Below are positions 36,567 to 48,580 of a stretch of 64,000 nucleotides of DNA, piece after piece. Position 1 is the first letter of the stretch, and each line of letters opens with the position of its first letter. The notes under the pieces were generated by a model, which saw nothing but the letters and a program-made list of their open reading frames with translations, was not told where the DNA came from and did not search any database. The stretch covers positions 1 through 64,000 of the forward strand of contig CAUYUJ010000278.1 in the NCBI GenBank assembly GCA_963575745.1, given 5' to 3'. The DNA is from Prorocentrum cordatum (lineage: Eukaryota). A program made the position numbers and the translations under genes.

Positions 36567-36930
36567 GATCAAGGAGCACATGGCCAGGCCAGACGTCGAC
36601 GAGAGGAGCACTACCGTCGTGCTGCGGTCTTTGAACAACGCCACTCGGGTCTTCAGAAATGACGTCAGCTTGACCATGAACAGGCTGGACGAGGAGATGC
36701 AGGGCAATGTCGACTTTTCGAAGATAGCCCCGTACGCTAGCGGGGTCCGCACCAAGAAGATGTGGCAGGAGACCGGGGACTGGAACGACAGCATGTGGTC
36801 CTGCAGCCAGAGTGTCGGCCTCATCAGCGACATTCCAACGTGCAAGGACCTTCTAACGGGCATAGTGGCAGAAGCCGAAGCCCAATTGACCCTCTCGGCC
36901 GCCTGCGTGGCAGCGCCTTCCAGGCTCTGA
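36567..36930 (+). CDS. Terminal exon of a nitronate monooxygenase / 2-nitropropane dioxygenase family gene
   Basis: IKEHMA...DERSTTVVLRSLNNATRVFRN...ETGDWNDSMWSCSQSVGLISDIPTCKDLLTGIVAEAE resembles the NMO C-terminus; preceded by pyrimidine-rich TTCTCTGGCCTCCTGATAG|G acceptor (AG 36565-36566); TGA at 36928-36930. Confidence 0.85.
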
Positions 36931-37504
36931 TCCTGCTGGTGTCCGCTGGCTTGTCCGAACGAATCCGCTCACGCGCGTGCAGGGCAGAGGGAGGAATAGC
37001 GGAGGAGGTCGGGGAAGCAGCAGGAGTAGCTGGCTGAGGAGGAGCAGCAGGCCCAGAGGTGTTGGATTGTAGCGTTCCGTGTGGGTGAGCAGGATGGGCC
37101 ATCTGCCAGAACTGTGATTTAGGAATTCCAGCGGAGCCCGTGGTTCGCCCCACGGGTTCCAGGGCAGAGGGCGGCGGCGGCAGCTGCAGCTGCCTCTGCG
37201 GAACCCAGAACCAACGATCTTGCTCATGATGTGTCGCTACTAGTCCTAGGAGATTGCGGAGCTTATTCCCGTGTGCTACGTCGTGAATCATTGTTTTCCG
37301 CGTCGTGCCTCCATCTACTCACTCTTCCTCCCTCCTTCTCCATGTCACGATCAGAATCATCGCGATGTGACAAGCATAGCATTTAGGCAACACAAGGGGG
37401 TGCCGCCAGGGGATAGGTCACTTACCGGTTCGTGCCCAGATTGTGGGGATGTCTCCAGCAGCTCGCTTGTTTCACGGATGTAGGCGCGTCTTTTGCAGGG
37501 CCGC

Positions 37505-39810
37505 GTGGTTTACACTACGTATTAGCGTTCGCGGTCCTTGCTGCGGGTTGAACCGGTTCCCGCACGTACTGCTCGCGTCGGATATGCTTCGGCGCGGCCA
37601 ACAGGCGCTCGCAACACGTAGGATTCGCGTCGCGACGGCAAGATTTCGAGCCTGCCGATGCCGTATTCCTTCGTAAAACACGCAGGATTCGCGTCGCGAC
37701 GGAGTGCGCGGAGCACTTGTCGGGCCACCTCGGAACCGCTCCCGCCCGCGCAGGGTCGCACGGCATGCTCGCCGCGCCGCTCCGGAGCCGTTCCTGCTCG
37801 TGCCGGCTCGCACGGAATGCTTGGGGCCGCTCTGGAGCCGCTCCCGCTCGTGCCAGCTCGCCTGGAATGATTGTCGGGCCGCTCCGGAGCCGCCCCCGCT
37901 CGCACGGAGCGCCTTTCGGGCCGCTGCGGAGGCGCGCCCGCTCGCGTTCGCTCTTCAGAGGCGCGCCCATCAGGCGCTCCCAGGCGCGCCCAGGCGTTCC
38001 CAGGCGCTCCCAGGCGCTCCCAGGCGTTCCCAGGGGCTCCCAGGCGCTCCCAGGCGATCCCAGGCGCTCCCGGGCGCTCCTAGGCGCTCCCAGGCGCTCC
38101 CGGCCCGCTCCCAGGCGCTCCCAGGCGCCCCCAGGCGCTCCCAGGCGGTCCCAGACGCTCCCAGTCGCTCCCAGGCGCTCCCAGGCGTTCCCAAGTGCGC
38201 CCAGAAGCGCTTAGAGCGCCCCACACGTGTTTTTACGCGTCGGAGAACCCAAGGGGCCGATTCGAAGCGAAAAGTTTCTTGGTTTAGGGTGTTGTACTCT
38301 TCGAGGATCAGGAAGAGTTTATCGTTGAATCGCGACTCCCGAGTGTGGGGCAGCATACGGCTGTATGGGCGACCCAGTCTGGCCACCTGCTGAAGCATCT
38401 TTGAGATGCCCTGTCCTTCGAGGGCGGCGACAATGAAACGCGGTGGGGTGGGCAGAAGCACAACGAGGTGTTTGGGAATTGAAGGTTTAGGGTTTAGGGT
38501 CTACTAGGCGTGGCCACGAGTACACCTGGACCGCGAACCCACCTGCGGTGGCCGTCACTCCCACCCGCACGCCACCCCACCATAAAGATCATCTCTCCCC
38601 TCGGCAGAACCACGTCGACTACAACGTCGACGACGCCGACGACTACGACGGCGACGACTGATGTGCGATCCTGTTGGCACGCGAGTGCTCGAACGGGCGG
38701 GAAGAGTCGTGTCGGGCGGAGGATATTCTGCACGCATGCGCAGCAAATGGTATTGGGTGGACTACATGGAGCGGCTCGCAACGGGCACTGGGCACTTTGT
38801 ACAGTAAAATACAAAAGATTCTGCACGCATGCGCAGGAATGCTATCTGTTGCAGTAGATGGTGCGGGGTCGCAACGGGGGCTGGGCACTTTGCATTACAA
38901 AATACAAAAGATTCGGCACGCATGCTGAGGAAATGTTTTTTTGCAGTAGATGGAGCGGGTTTACATCAGTGGGTCGCAACGGGGGCTGGGCACTTTGTAA
39001 TGAAAAAATACATGAGATTCTGCGCGCATGCTCAGGAAAATATATATTTTGCAGTAGATGGAGGCGGAACGCAACGGGGGGCACTTTGTAATGTAAAATT
39101 CGAAAGATTCGGCGCGCATGCTCAGGAAATGCGCTTTTTGGAAGTAGACGGAGCCGGTTTGCATAACGGCCGCTTTTGATTAATTTAGGGTTTAATAATT
39201 ATAGGATTAGAGACTTAGGGTTTAGCGTTCGCGGGGTTTGCCGCGGGCTGAATCGGCGTGCGCTTAGCAGGCTCGCTTCGGACCCGCTACCCTCGTAAAA
39301 CACGTGGGATTCGCATCGCGACTCGGCCTGCGCTTAGCAGGCTCGCTTCGGACCCGCTTCCCTTGTAAAACACGTAGGATCCGCATCGCGACGGCAAGAT
39401 TTCGGGCCTGCCGATGCCGCATTCCTTCGTGAAACACGTAAGCTTCGCGTCGCGACGGATTGCGCGGAGCGCTTGTCGGGCCACCTCGGAGCCGCTCCCG
39501 CTCGCGCAGGGTCGCGCGGCATGCTTGGCGCGCCGCTCCGGAGCCGCTCCTTCTATCTCTGGAGCCGCTCCCGCTCGTGCCAGCGCCGCTGCGGAGGCGC
39601 GCCCGCTCGCGCTCGCTCTGCAGAATGCATGTCAGGCCGCGCCGGAGCCGCTCCTGCTCGCGCCAGCTCGCACGGAATGCTTGTCGGGCCCCTCCGGAGG
39701 CGTCCCGCTCGTGCCGGCTCGCACGGAGCGCTCGCGCAGGCTTGCGCCAGGCTCGCTGCATCGTTCGTCATGGTATCGTTCGGGCTGGCCAATGCGTTGT
39801 GCTTTTCGTC
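37505..39810 (+). repeat. Telomere-associated module family C (37505-37960, 39222-39810; inverted copy 48609-49445) with a CCAGGCGCTC tract at ~37970-38200
   Basis: Shared TTAGCGTTCGCGG start, GGATTCGCGTCGCGACGG core and CGTTGTG(C/T)TTTTCGTC end next to telomeric repeats. Confidence 0.75.
38720..39170. repeat. ~93 bp tandem repeat, about 5 copies, relatively AT-rich
   Basis: ATTC(T/G)GC(A/G)CGCATGC recurs at ~38725, 38818, 38911, 39017, 39107 together with GCAGTAGATGG...GGCACTTTG. Confidence 0.9.
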
Positions 39811-39845
39811 TTTAGGGTTTTGGGTTTAGGGTTTAGGGTTTAGGG

Positions 39846-40350
39846 CTTCTCGGGCGCGCAGCGGCCGACAGTCCAGGCAAGGCTGCCCCCCCATCGGCAA
39901 GCTTGATTGGGGGGGCGTTTAGCCGACCCGATCAAGCTTGGCGAAGGGGCAGGAGGTGCAACATCTTCCCACCCCCGGCCGCATGGCCGGCAACCTCCCA
40001 AATTGCAGCCTTTAAGGTTTAGGGCCGCTGGCCCCTAAATTCCCAAATGCGTTCCAAGCGCTCCCAGGCGCTCCTTGGCGCTCCCAGGCGTTCCCAGGCG
40101 CTCCCAGGCGCTTTCAGGCGCTCCCAGGCGCTCCCCGGCGCTCCCAGGCGCTCCCGGCGCGCTCTGAAGCGCTCCCAAGCGCTCCCAGGCGCTCCCTGGC
40201 GCTCCCAGGCGCTCCCTGGCGCTCCCAGGCGCTCCAAAGCGCTCCCAGGCGCTTCCAGGCGCTCCCAGGCGCTCTCGGCGCGTTCCCAGGCGCTTCCAGG
40301 CGCTCCCAGGCGCTCCCAAGCGCTCCCAGGCGCTCCCGGCACGCTCCCAA

Positions 40351-40386
<36 letters not shown>

Positions 40387-40720
40387 CCAGACGCTCCCAA
40401 GCGCTCCCAGGCGCCCCCAGGCGATCCCAGGCGCTCCCAGGCGCTCCCAGGCGCCCCCAAGCGCTTCCAGGCGCTCCCAGGCGCCCCCGGCGCTTACAGG
40501 CGAAAGGTCTGGGGGTTTCGGGTGTTGTATTCGTTGAGGATCAGGGGGGGGTTATGATTGAAGCGCGAATCCCCAAAAGAGGGGGAGGGCAGCAGCAAAA
40601 GCTGCCAAGGCGACCCACTCGGGCTACATGTTCAAGCATCTCAGAGATGCCCTGTCTATCGTAGACGGCGACGGTGACGCGCGGCGGGGCGGGCAGAAGC
40701 ACAACGAGGTGCTTGGGAAT
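39846..40720 (+). repeat. Telomere-associated module family D (second copy 60413-61312)
   Basis: Near-identical GCGCAGCGGCCGACAGTCCAGG head, CCAGGCGCTC 10-mer tract and GCAGAAGCACAACGAGGTGCTTGGGAA end followed by TTTAGGG. Confidence 0.9.
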
Positions 40721-40724
40721 TTAG

Positions 40725-43700
40725 GGCCTTCATCGGCGCATGCGCGCGCTGGCTGCGACCCCCCCCCACATCAAGGTTGTTGGGGGGGATCGTTGCCCAA
40801 GCCGCGCGCGCTATGAACTTGCACCCCCGCCCCAGACCACCCAGAGTGAAGCCTTTTAGGGTTTAGGGTTTCTCCCCCCGACCCCCCTATCACGGCGGGC
40901 TGTCGAAGCGGCGCGCGCGGGCGATCGCCGACGCGGCCGTGGCACTGCGCATCCACGTGAGCACGCGCGCAGGGCTGCCCCTGGCGCAGCATGTCAGTGC
41001 GTTGCCGCCTTTGCCTTCGGCACTGGGTTGTGACACTGGGGTGCGAATGCTGGGAAGCGCGCGCGCGGTCGCGGCCGTGGCAACGCGTGCCCATGCGAGC
41101 GCGCGCGCAGGGTGCATGGCGCTGGCGCGTCAGCTCGCCTCGTCGACGTGGCAGCTGTTGCGCCTTCGGCAGCGGGCTTCGCCGTTGGGCTGCCGCTGGC
41201 GCAGCAGATCCACAGAGGTCCGGCATTTGCCTTCGGCGTAGGAAAGCAGCACTGCGAGGGCGCTGGCGCGGCAATCCCATGGGCCCCCGTGGACCTCGAG
41301 CGAGTAGCCGCGCCGTCGGGCCCCTCGCTGACGGCGGCGCGCACGGCAGTTGCATTCGCCCGCGGCTTTGGGTTTTGCTTTGAGATCGCCCCCGCTGAAG
41401 CGATTGCAAGCATCGACGCAGACGCTGTCGACGCGAGCTTCGGAAGGCGGGAGGAGGGGCGCGAGGGGGGGGGGGGTCTGGCACCCCCTCGCTACGATGC
41501 GCGCGCATGGCTGCGGCAGCACGTCCATGGCAGACCCCCTGGAATACCTTGGGGGAGCTCTCTGGGAGCGCTGGGGGAGCGCCTCGACCCTTCCCCAGGA
41601 TGGAAGCACGTGGGAGCGTCTGGGAGCGCGACAGGACACGCAGAGTGCACCGCGAGCGCGAGCCGTGAATTGCCCGTTGGGCTAGACCGTTGGCGTCGCC
41701 CCCGCTGAAGCGATTGCATTGTCGACGCAGCCGCCTTCGGCGCGAATTTCGAATGGCTGGAAGGGGGAGCGCGAGGGGGTGGGTCTGGCACCCCCTCGCT
41801 ACGATGCGCGTGCATGGCTGCTGCAGCACCTCCATGGCAGACCTCTTGGAATGCCTCGGGGGAGCTCTCTGGGAGCACTGAGAGAGCGCCTCGAGCTTTC
41901 CCCAAGATGGAAGCACGTGGGAGTGTCTGGGAGCCAAAACTTTTAGAAAAGCCCAGGAGAGCCGCTTTCCGAATTTTCAGAAGCTTCACAGGCCCCAAGA
42001 ACGACGAATGCAGCATTTGCGCACGATTTGCAGCCCCAGGGCGTGGCGCCGCCCGCATGCGTGGCGCACGTTGAATTCTGTTGATTTCCTTTGAAACTGG
42101 TCGAGAACATTTGGAAAGCTCCTGGAGCGCCGCATGCTGTAATTTTATACGTTGCGAAGGCCCCAGGGGCCCCGAATGCTGCATTTTCATACGGTCTGCA
42201 GCCACAGGGGATGTAGGCCGCCGCGGAAAGCTTGGGAGCGCCTGGAAGCGCTTGGGGGCGCTTGGGAAAGCTTGGGAGCGCCTGGGTGCGCTTGGGAGCA
42301 CTGGGAGCGCTTGGGAGCGCCTGGGAACGCCCGGGAGCGCCTGGGAGCGCCTGGGAGCGCTTGGGAGCGCTTGGGACGTGCGCCATGGGCTTCCAGAGGC
42401 AGCCGAAAAGGCGCCGCATAAATAATGTCATAGGTTTGGAGCACCCAGAGAGCACCGCATGCTGTATTTTCGTCGGTTTGGAGCCCCAGGGGATGTAGCG
42501 ACTCGCAGGGGGGCCGCTTGCTAGGGCTGAGGGTTAGGGGTTCCTTTTCTTAGGAGAACACCACGGGGATGCACCGCGCGGGGTGCGAATTCCTCCTCAG
42601 CGGCTATCGCCGCTTCGTCGGTGCGGCGCACGCTGTATGGGCAGGCTCGCTGATCGCTCGGCCAGGCGCCACGGGCTTCTGACGATGCACCGCCCGTGGC
42701 TTGCAGCCTGCATTGGCGCAAGCGCGCGCTGGCTGCGATCCCCCCCCATCAAGGTTGTTGGGGGGATCGCTGCCCAAGTCGCGCGCGCCACGGTCAGTCG
42801 CACTCCCGCCCCAGACCACCCAGAGTGAAGCCTTTTAGGGTTTAGGGTTTCTCCCCCCAACCCCCCTATCACGGGGGGCTGTCGAAGTGGCGCGCGCAGG
42901 CGATCGCCGACGCGGCCGTGGCACTGCGCATCCACTGGAGCATGCGCGCAGGGCGCGCGACGTAGGCGCGTCGGCTCGTCTTCCCGTCGAAGAGGCAGCC
43001 TTTGGCGATTTCGGCGTTGAGCTTCGCCGTTGGGCTGCCGCTGGCGCAACATGTCCATGCGTTGCCGCCTTTGCCTTCGGCACTGGGTTGTGACACTGGT
43101 CTGTGAATGCTGGGATGCGCGCGCGCGGCCGCGGCCGTAGCAGCGCGCGCCGATGCGAGCACGCGCGCAGGGTGCATGGCGGTCGGGCTCCTCGCTGACG
43201 GCGACGCGCACGGCAGCTACATTCGCCCGCGGCTTTGGGTTTCGCCTTTGGGGTCGCCCCCCCTGCTGAAGCGATTGCAATCATCGACGCAGCCGCCTTC
43301 GGCGCGAGCTTCGGACGGCTGGAGGGGGAGCGCGAGGGGGTGGGTCTGGCACCCCCTCGCTACGATTCGCGCGCATGGCTGCGGCAGCACCTCCATGGCA
43401 GAGCCCGTGGAATGCCTTGGGGGGGCCCTCTGGCAGCGCTGGGAGAGCGCCTGGAGCTTCCCCCAAGAGCCCTGGGACCGCCTGGAACCGCCTGGGCACG
43501 CTTGGGAGCGCGCGGGAGCGCATGGGAGCGCCGCGTGGCGCCTTGGAGCGCTCGTGGGTGCTTAAGAGCGCGTGGAAATGCTTGGGCGCCTGGGAGCACC
43601 TGGGAGCGCCGGGGAGCGCTTAGGAGCGCTTCGGAGTTGTGGCAGCGCTGGGAACGCTGGGGAGCGCCTGTCCCGCGCGCCAGGAGCGTGCCGGGGGCGC

Positions 43701-44400
43701 TTGGGAGCGCCTACGAGCGCCTGGGAGAGCCTGGGTGCGTGCCGGGAGCGCTTGGGAGCGCCTGGGAGCGGGAGCGCAGCCAGCGCGCGCCTGGGAACGT
43801 GCCTGGGGACGTGCCGGGAGCGCCCAGGAGCGCTTGGGAGCGCTTGCGAGCGCCTGGGAGCGCCTGGGAGCGTGCCGAGAGCGCCTGGGAGCATGCCGGG
43901 AGCGCTTGAAGCGCCGTGGAGCGCTTGGGAGCGTGCCGAGAGCGCCTGGGAGCATGCCGGGAGCGCCTGAAGCGCCGCGGAGCGCTTGGGAGCGTGCCGG
44001 GAGCGCCTGGGAACGCTTGTAAGCGCCTGGGAGCGCTTGGGAACGCTTGGGAGCACCTGGGGGTGCCTGGGAGCGCCTGGGAGCGCCTGGGAACGCTTGG
44101 GAGCGCCTGGGAGCGTGCCGGGAGCGCTTGGAGAGTCCTGGGGAGCGCCTGGAGCGTTTGGACAGCTCCAGGAGCGCCGCATGCGGAAATTTCATAGGTT
44201 TGGAGCACCCAGGGGGCACCGCATGCTGTATTTTCATAGGTTAGGAGCCCCAGGGGATGTAGCGACTCGCAGCGAAGCCGCTTGCTAGGGCTGAGGGTTA
44301 GGGGTTCCTTTTCTTAGGAGAACCCCACGGGGTTGCATGCCCGCGGGATGCGAATTCCTCCTCAGCGGCTATCGCCGCTTCGTCGGTGCGGCGTGCGCGC
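40725..44400 (+). repeat. Two tandem copies of telomere-associated module family A
   Basis: Same head hairpin, TTTTAGGGTTTAGGGTTT cassette, GAGCGCCTGG tract and structured tail as 50631-52515. Confidence 0.85.
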
Positions 44401-44431
44401 CCATGCGCGCACCTAAACCCTAAACCCTAAA

Positions 44432-47246
44432 CTGCAAGCCACGGGCGGTGCATCGTCAGAAGCCCGTGGCGCCTCGCCGAGCGATCAGCGAGTCCGCCCA
44501 TGCGCGCACGCCGCACCGACGAAGCGCGTAGCGCTGAGGAGGATGCGCTCCCCCGCGGGGATGCCTCGTGAGTTCTGAGAAATGAATAGAACCCTTAACC
44601 CAAAACCCAGCCGTTGGCTCCGCCACGGTCGGTCCCATCCCCTGGGGCTCCATACCTATGAAAATACAACATGCGGCGCCCTTTCGGCAGTCCGTGGGGC
44701 CGCAAACCATATGAAAATACAGCATGCGGCGTCCTTTCGGCTGGGGCACGTCCCAAGCGCTCCCAAGCGCTCCCCGGCGCTGCCAGGCGCTGCCAGGCGC
44801 TCTCAAGCGCTCCCAGGCGATCCCAAGCGCTTCCTAGCGCTCCCCAAGCGCTCCCAGGCGCTCCCAAGCGTTCCCAAGTGCTCCCCAGCGCTCCCAAGCG
44901 CTCCCAAGCGCTCCCAAGCGCTCCCAAGTGCTCCCCAGCGTTCCCCCAGTGCTCCCAGGCGCATGGCGCTCCCAGGCGCTCTCAGGCGCTCCCGGCACGC
45001 TCCCTGGCGCTCCCAAGCGCTTGCAGGTACTCCCAAACGCTCCCTGCACGCTCCCAAGCGTTCCCAGCCTGCTCAGGCGCTCCCTGCGCGCTCCGAAGCG
45101 CTCCCTGGCGCCTCCGAGCGCTCCGGGGCGCTCCAAAATTTTCCCGGGCGCTCCGGCGCGCTCCCAGGCGCTCCCTAGGCGCTCCCAAGCGCTTCCAGGC
45201 GCTGCCAAGCGCTCCCAAGCGTTCCCAGGCGCCCCCGAGCGTTCCCAGGTGCTCCCAAGCGCTCCCCGGCGCTTTCGGCACGCTCCCAAGCGCCCCCAAG
45301 CGCTCCCAGGCGCATGGCGCTCCCAGGCGCTCTCAGGCGCTCCCGGCACGCTCCCAGGCGCTCCCAGGCGCTCCCAAGCGTTCCCAGGTACTCCCAAGCG
45401 CTCCCTGCACGCTCCCAGGCGCCCCCAGCCTGCTCAGGCGCTCCCTGCTCGCTCCCAAGCGCTCCCTGGCGCCTCCGAGCGCTCCGGAGCGCTCCGAAGC
45501 ACTCCCAGGCGCTCCGGCGCGCTCCCAGGCGCTCCCGGCACGCTCCCAGCACGCTCCCAAGCGCTCCCAGGCGTTCCCATGCGCCCCCAAGCTCCCACAG
45601 GTGGTCCCAAGCGCTCTCCGGCGTTCCCAAGCGCGTTGAAGCAGTTCAAGCAGTCCCATGGCGCTCCCAAGCGTTTTCATGCATTCGCAAGCACTCGGCA
45701 GCGCTCCCTGGCGGCGCTTCCCAGCGCTCCCCCGCAATGCAGGTGCTGCCGCAGCAAAGCGCGCGCATCGTAGCGAGGGGGTGCCAGACCCACCCCCTCG
45801 CGCTCCCTCTCCAGCCGTCCGAAGCTCGCGCCGAAGGCGGCTGCGTCGACAATGCAGTCGCTTCAGCGGGGGCGAAGCCAAACGTCCTGCCCAATGGGCA
45901 ACCCACGGCCCGCACTCGCGGTGCACTCTGCGTGTCCTGTCACGCTCCCAGACGCCCCCACGTGCTTCCATCCTGGGGAAACCTCGAGGCGCTCTCTCTG
46001 CGCTCCCAGAGAGCTCTCCCAAGGCATTCCAAGAGGTCTGCCATGGAGGTGCTGCAGCAGCCATGCGCGCGCATCGTAGCGAGGGGGTGCCAGACCCACC
46101 CCCTCGCGCTTCCCGTCCAGCCATGCGAAATTCGCGCCGAAGGCGGCTGCGTCCACAATGCAATCGCTTCAGCGGGGGCGACGCCAACGGTCAAGCCCAA
46201 CGGGCCATTCACGGCTCGCGCTCGCGGAGCACTCTGCGTGTCTTGTCGCGCTCCCAGACGCTCCCACGTGCTTCCATCCTTGGGAAAGGTCGAGGCGCTC
46301 CCCCAGCGCTCCCAGAGAGCTCACCCAAGGCATTCCAGGGGGTCTGCCATAGACGTGCTGCCGCAGCCATGCGCGCGCATCGTAGCGAGGGGGTGCCAGA
46401 CCCACCCCCTCGCGCTCCTCCTCCCGCCTTCCGAAGCTCGCGTCGACAGCGTCTGCGTCGATGCTTGCAATCGCTTCAGCGGGGGCGACCTCAATGCAAA
46501 ACCCAAAGCCGCGGGCGAATGCAACTGCCGTGCGCGTCGGCGTCAGCGTGGGGCCCGACGGCGCGGCTACTCGCTCGAGGCCCACGGGGGCCCATGAGAT
46601 TGCCGCGCCAGCGCCCTCGCAGTGCTGCTTTCCAACGCCGAAGGCATATTCGGACCCCTGTGGATGCTCTGCGCCAGCGGCAGCCGTCTACGACGGCGGC
46701 TGCAAGGGCAGCAAGGCCAACGGCAAAAGCCAATGCAGGAGGCCTACTGGAACCAAGGGCAATGCTGCGTCTGCGACAGGCCAACCCAACGCCGCAATTC
46801 AAAACCACATGCGGCGACGCCTGGCCTTGAGGCCTCTCCTGTGCCTTTTGATTGCAATGAACGCCCGCAGGAGAAGAAGCCGTTCTTCGGCAAAGCCATG
46901 CGCCAACTGGGACCAACAGAATGCAGCTAAACCCACGGCAAAGATTGTTGGCCATGCGACGACGCTGGCTCTTGCGCCCGCGCAAAGCGCTTTGCGCGCG
47001 TACCAAGAACGCAATGCCTAAACCGCGTCGTCGCGCTCCCCGCGGAACATTCGCATTCGCACACAACACGAAAGCCCCCCTTGATAGGGGGGTTGGGGGG
47101 AGAAACCCTAAACCCTAAAGGGCTTTACTGTGGGTGGTCTGGGGCGGGAATGCAAGTTCATAGCGCGCGCGGCTTGGGCAGCGATCCCCCCCAACAACCT
47201 TGATGTGGGGGGGATCGCAGCCAGCGTGCGCATGCGCCAATGCAGG
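44432..47246 (-). repeat. Inverted copy of module family A
   Basis: Reverse complement of the family A head and tail, flanked by CCCTAAA arrays at 44412-44431 and 47247-47273. Confidence 0.88.
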
Positions 47247-47273
47247 CCCTAAGCCCTAAACCCTAAACCCAAA

Positions 47274-48580
47274 CTGCAGGCGCGGACCTGGGGGCGCGCA
47301 CCGCCACGCCTGTAAGGATCTGCTAGTGAGAGCGAGCTGCAAGTCGAGCTCGCCGCGACCATAGGCCTGCCGGCCCGAGGCGGTGCTTCGCTTGCACAAT
47401 GATAACCCCTAACCCTCGGCCGGATGCTCGCGGATACCGCTCAACTTCTCCCCCAGAGCTCTCCCCCAGAGCTCTCCCCCAGATCTCTCCCCCAGAGCTC
47501 TCCCCAGAGCTCCCCCCCAGAGCTCTCCCCCAGAGCTCCCCTCCAGGGCTTCCCCCCAGAGCTCTCCCCCAGAGCTCTCCCCCAGAGCTCTCCCCCAGAG
47601 CTCTCCCCCAGAGCTCTCCCCCAGAGCTCTCCCCCAGAGCTCCCTCCCAGAGCTCTCCCCCAGAGCTCTCCCCCAGAGCTCTCCCCCAGAGCTCTCCCCC
47701 AGAGCTCTCCCCCAGAGCTTCCCCCCAAGAGCTCTCCCCCAGAGCTCTCCCCAGGCGCGCCCCTGGATCGAGCCTGCTATGCGGATCTTCACGGCCGCCT
47801 CCGCAATCTTATGCAAAACATAATATAAACTGACCATGCGTGTTCCCAGGCGCGCCCCTGGATCGAGCCTGCTATGCGGATCTTCACGGCCCCCTTCCAC
47901 AATCCCATGCAAAACATATTATAAACTGATCATGCGTGCTCCCAGGCGCTCCCTTGGATCGAGCCTGTTATGGTGATTTTTGCGTCCCGCTATGTAAACA
48001 ATCGCATGCAAAACATAATATAAACTGATCATGCGTGTTCCCAGGCGCGCCCCTGGATCGAGCCTGCTAAGCGGATCTTCACGGCCACCTCCACAATCCT
48101 ATGCAAAACATAGTATAAACTGATCACGCGTGCTCCCAGGCGCGCCCCTTGATCGAGCCTGCTATGCGGATCTTTACGTCACGCTATGTAAACCATCACA
48201 ATTCTATGCAAAACAAATTATAAACTGATCATGCGTGCTCCCAGGCGCGCCCCTTGATCGAGCCTGCTCTGCGGATCTTTACGTCCCGCTATGTAAACCA
48301 CCACAATCCTATGCAAAGCACGTTGAAGTCGGGCGAACCCTCGAGTGCGCTCGACCCGACCCGACCCGCTTGTTACGGTTCACGCGTGTTTCTGGGACGC
48401 ACATCGCTCACTCAGGCTGACGCCAGCACTCCTTCCCCCCTTGATAGGGGGGAGCGTGGGGGGTAGATCCCTAAACCCTAAAAGCAATGACTCTGGGTGG
48501 ATGGGGTGGGACAGAACGCATCCATCCATCCCCCCCTACCTCCCGAGGAGGGGGGGGTAGGATGGTTCTGCGCAGAAGCC
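47274..48580 (-). repeat. Telomere-associated module family B, inverted (truncated copy 49468-50490; + strand copy 58673-60370)
   Basis: Contains the CCCCAGAGCTCTC 13-mer tract and ~95-105 bp TATAAACTGATCATGCGTG repeats; reverse complement of 58673-60370. Confidence 0.9.
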
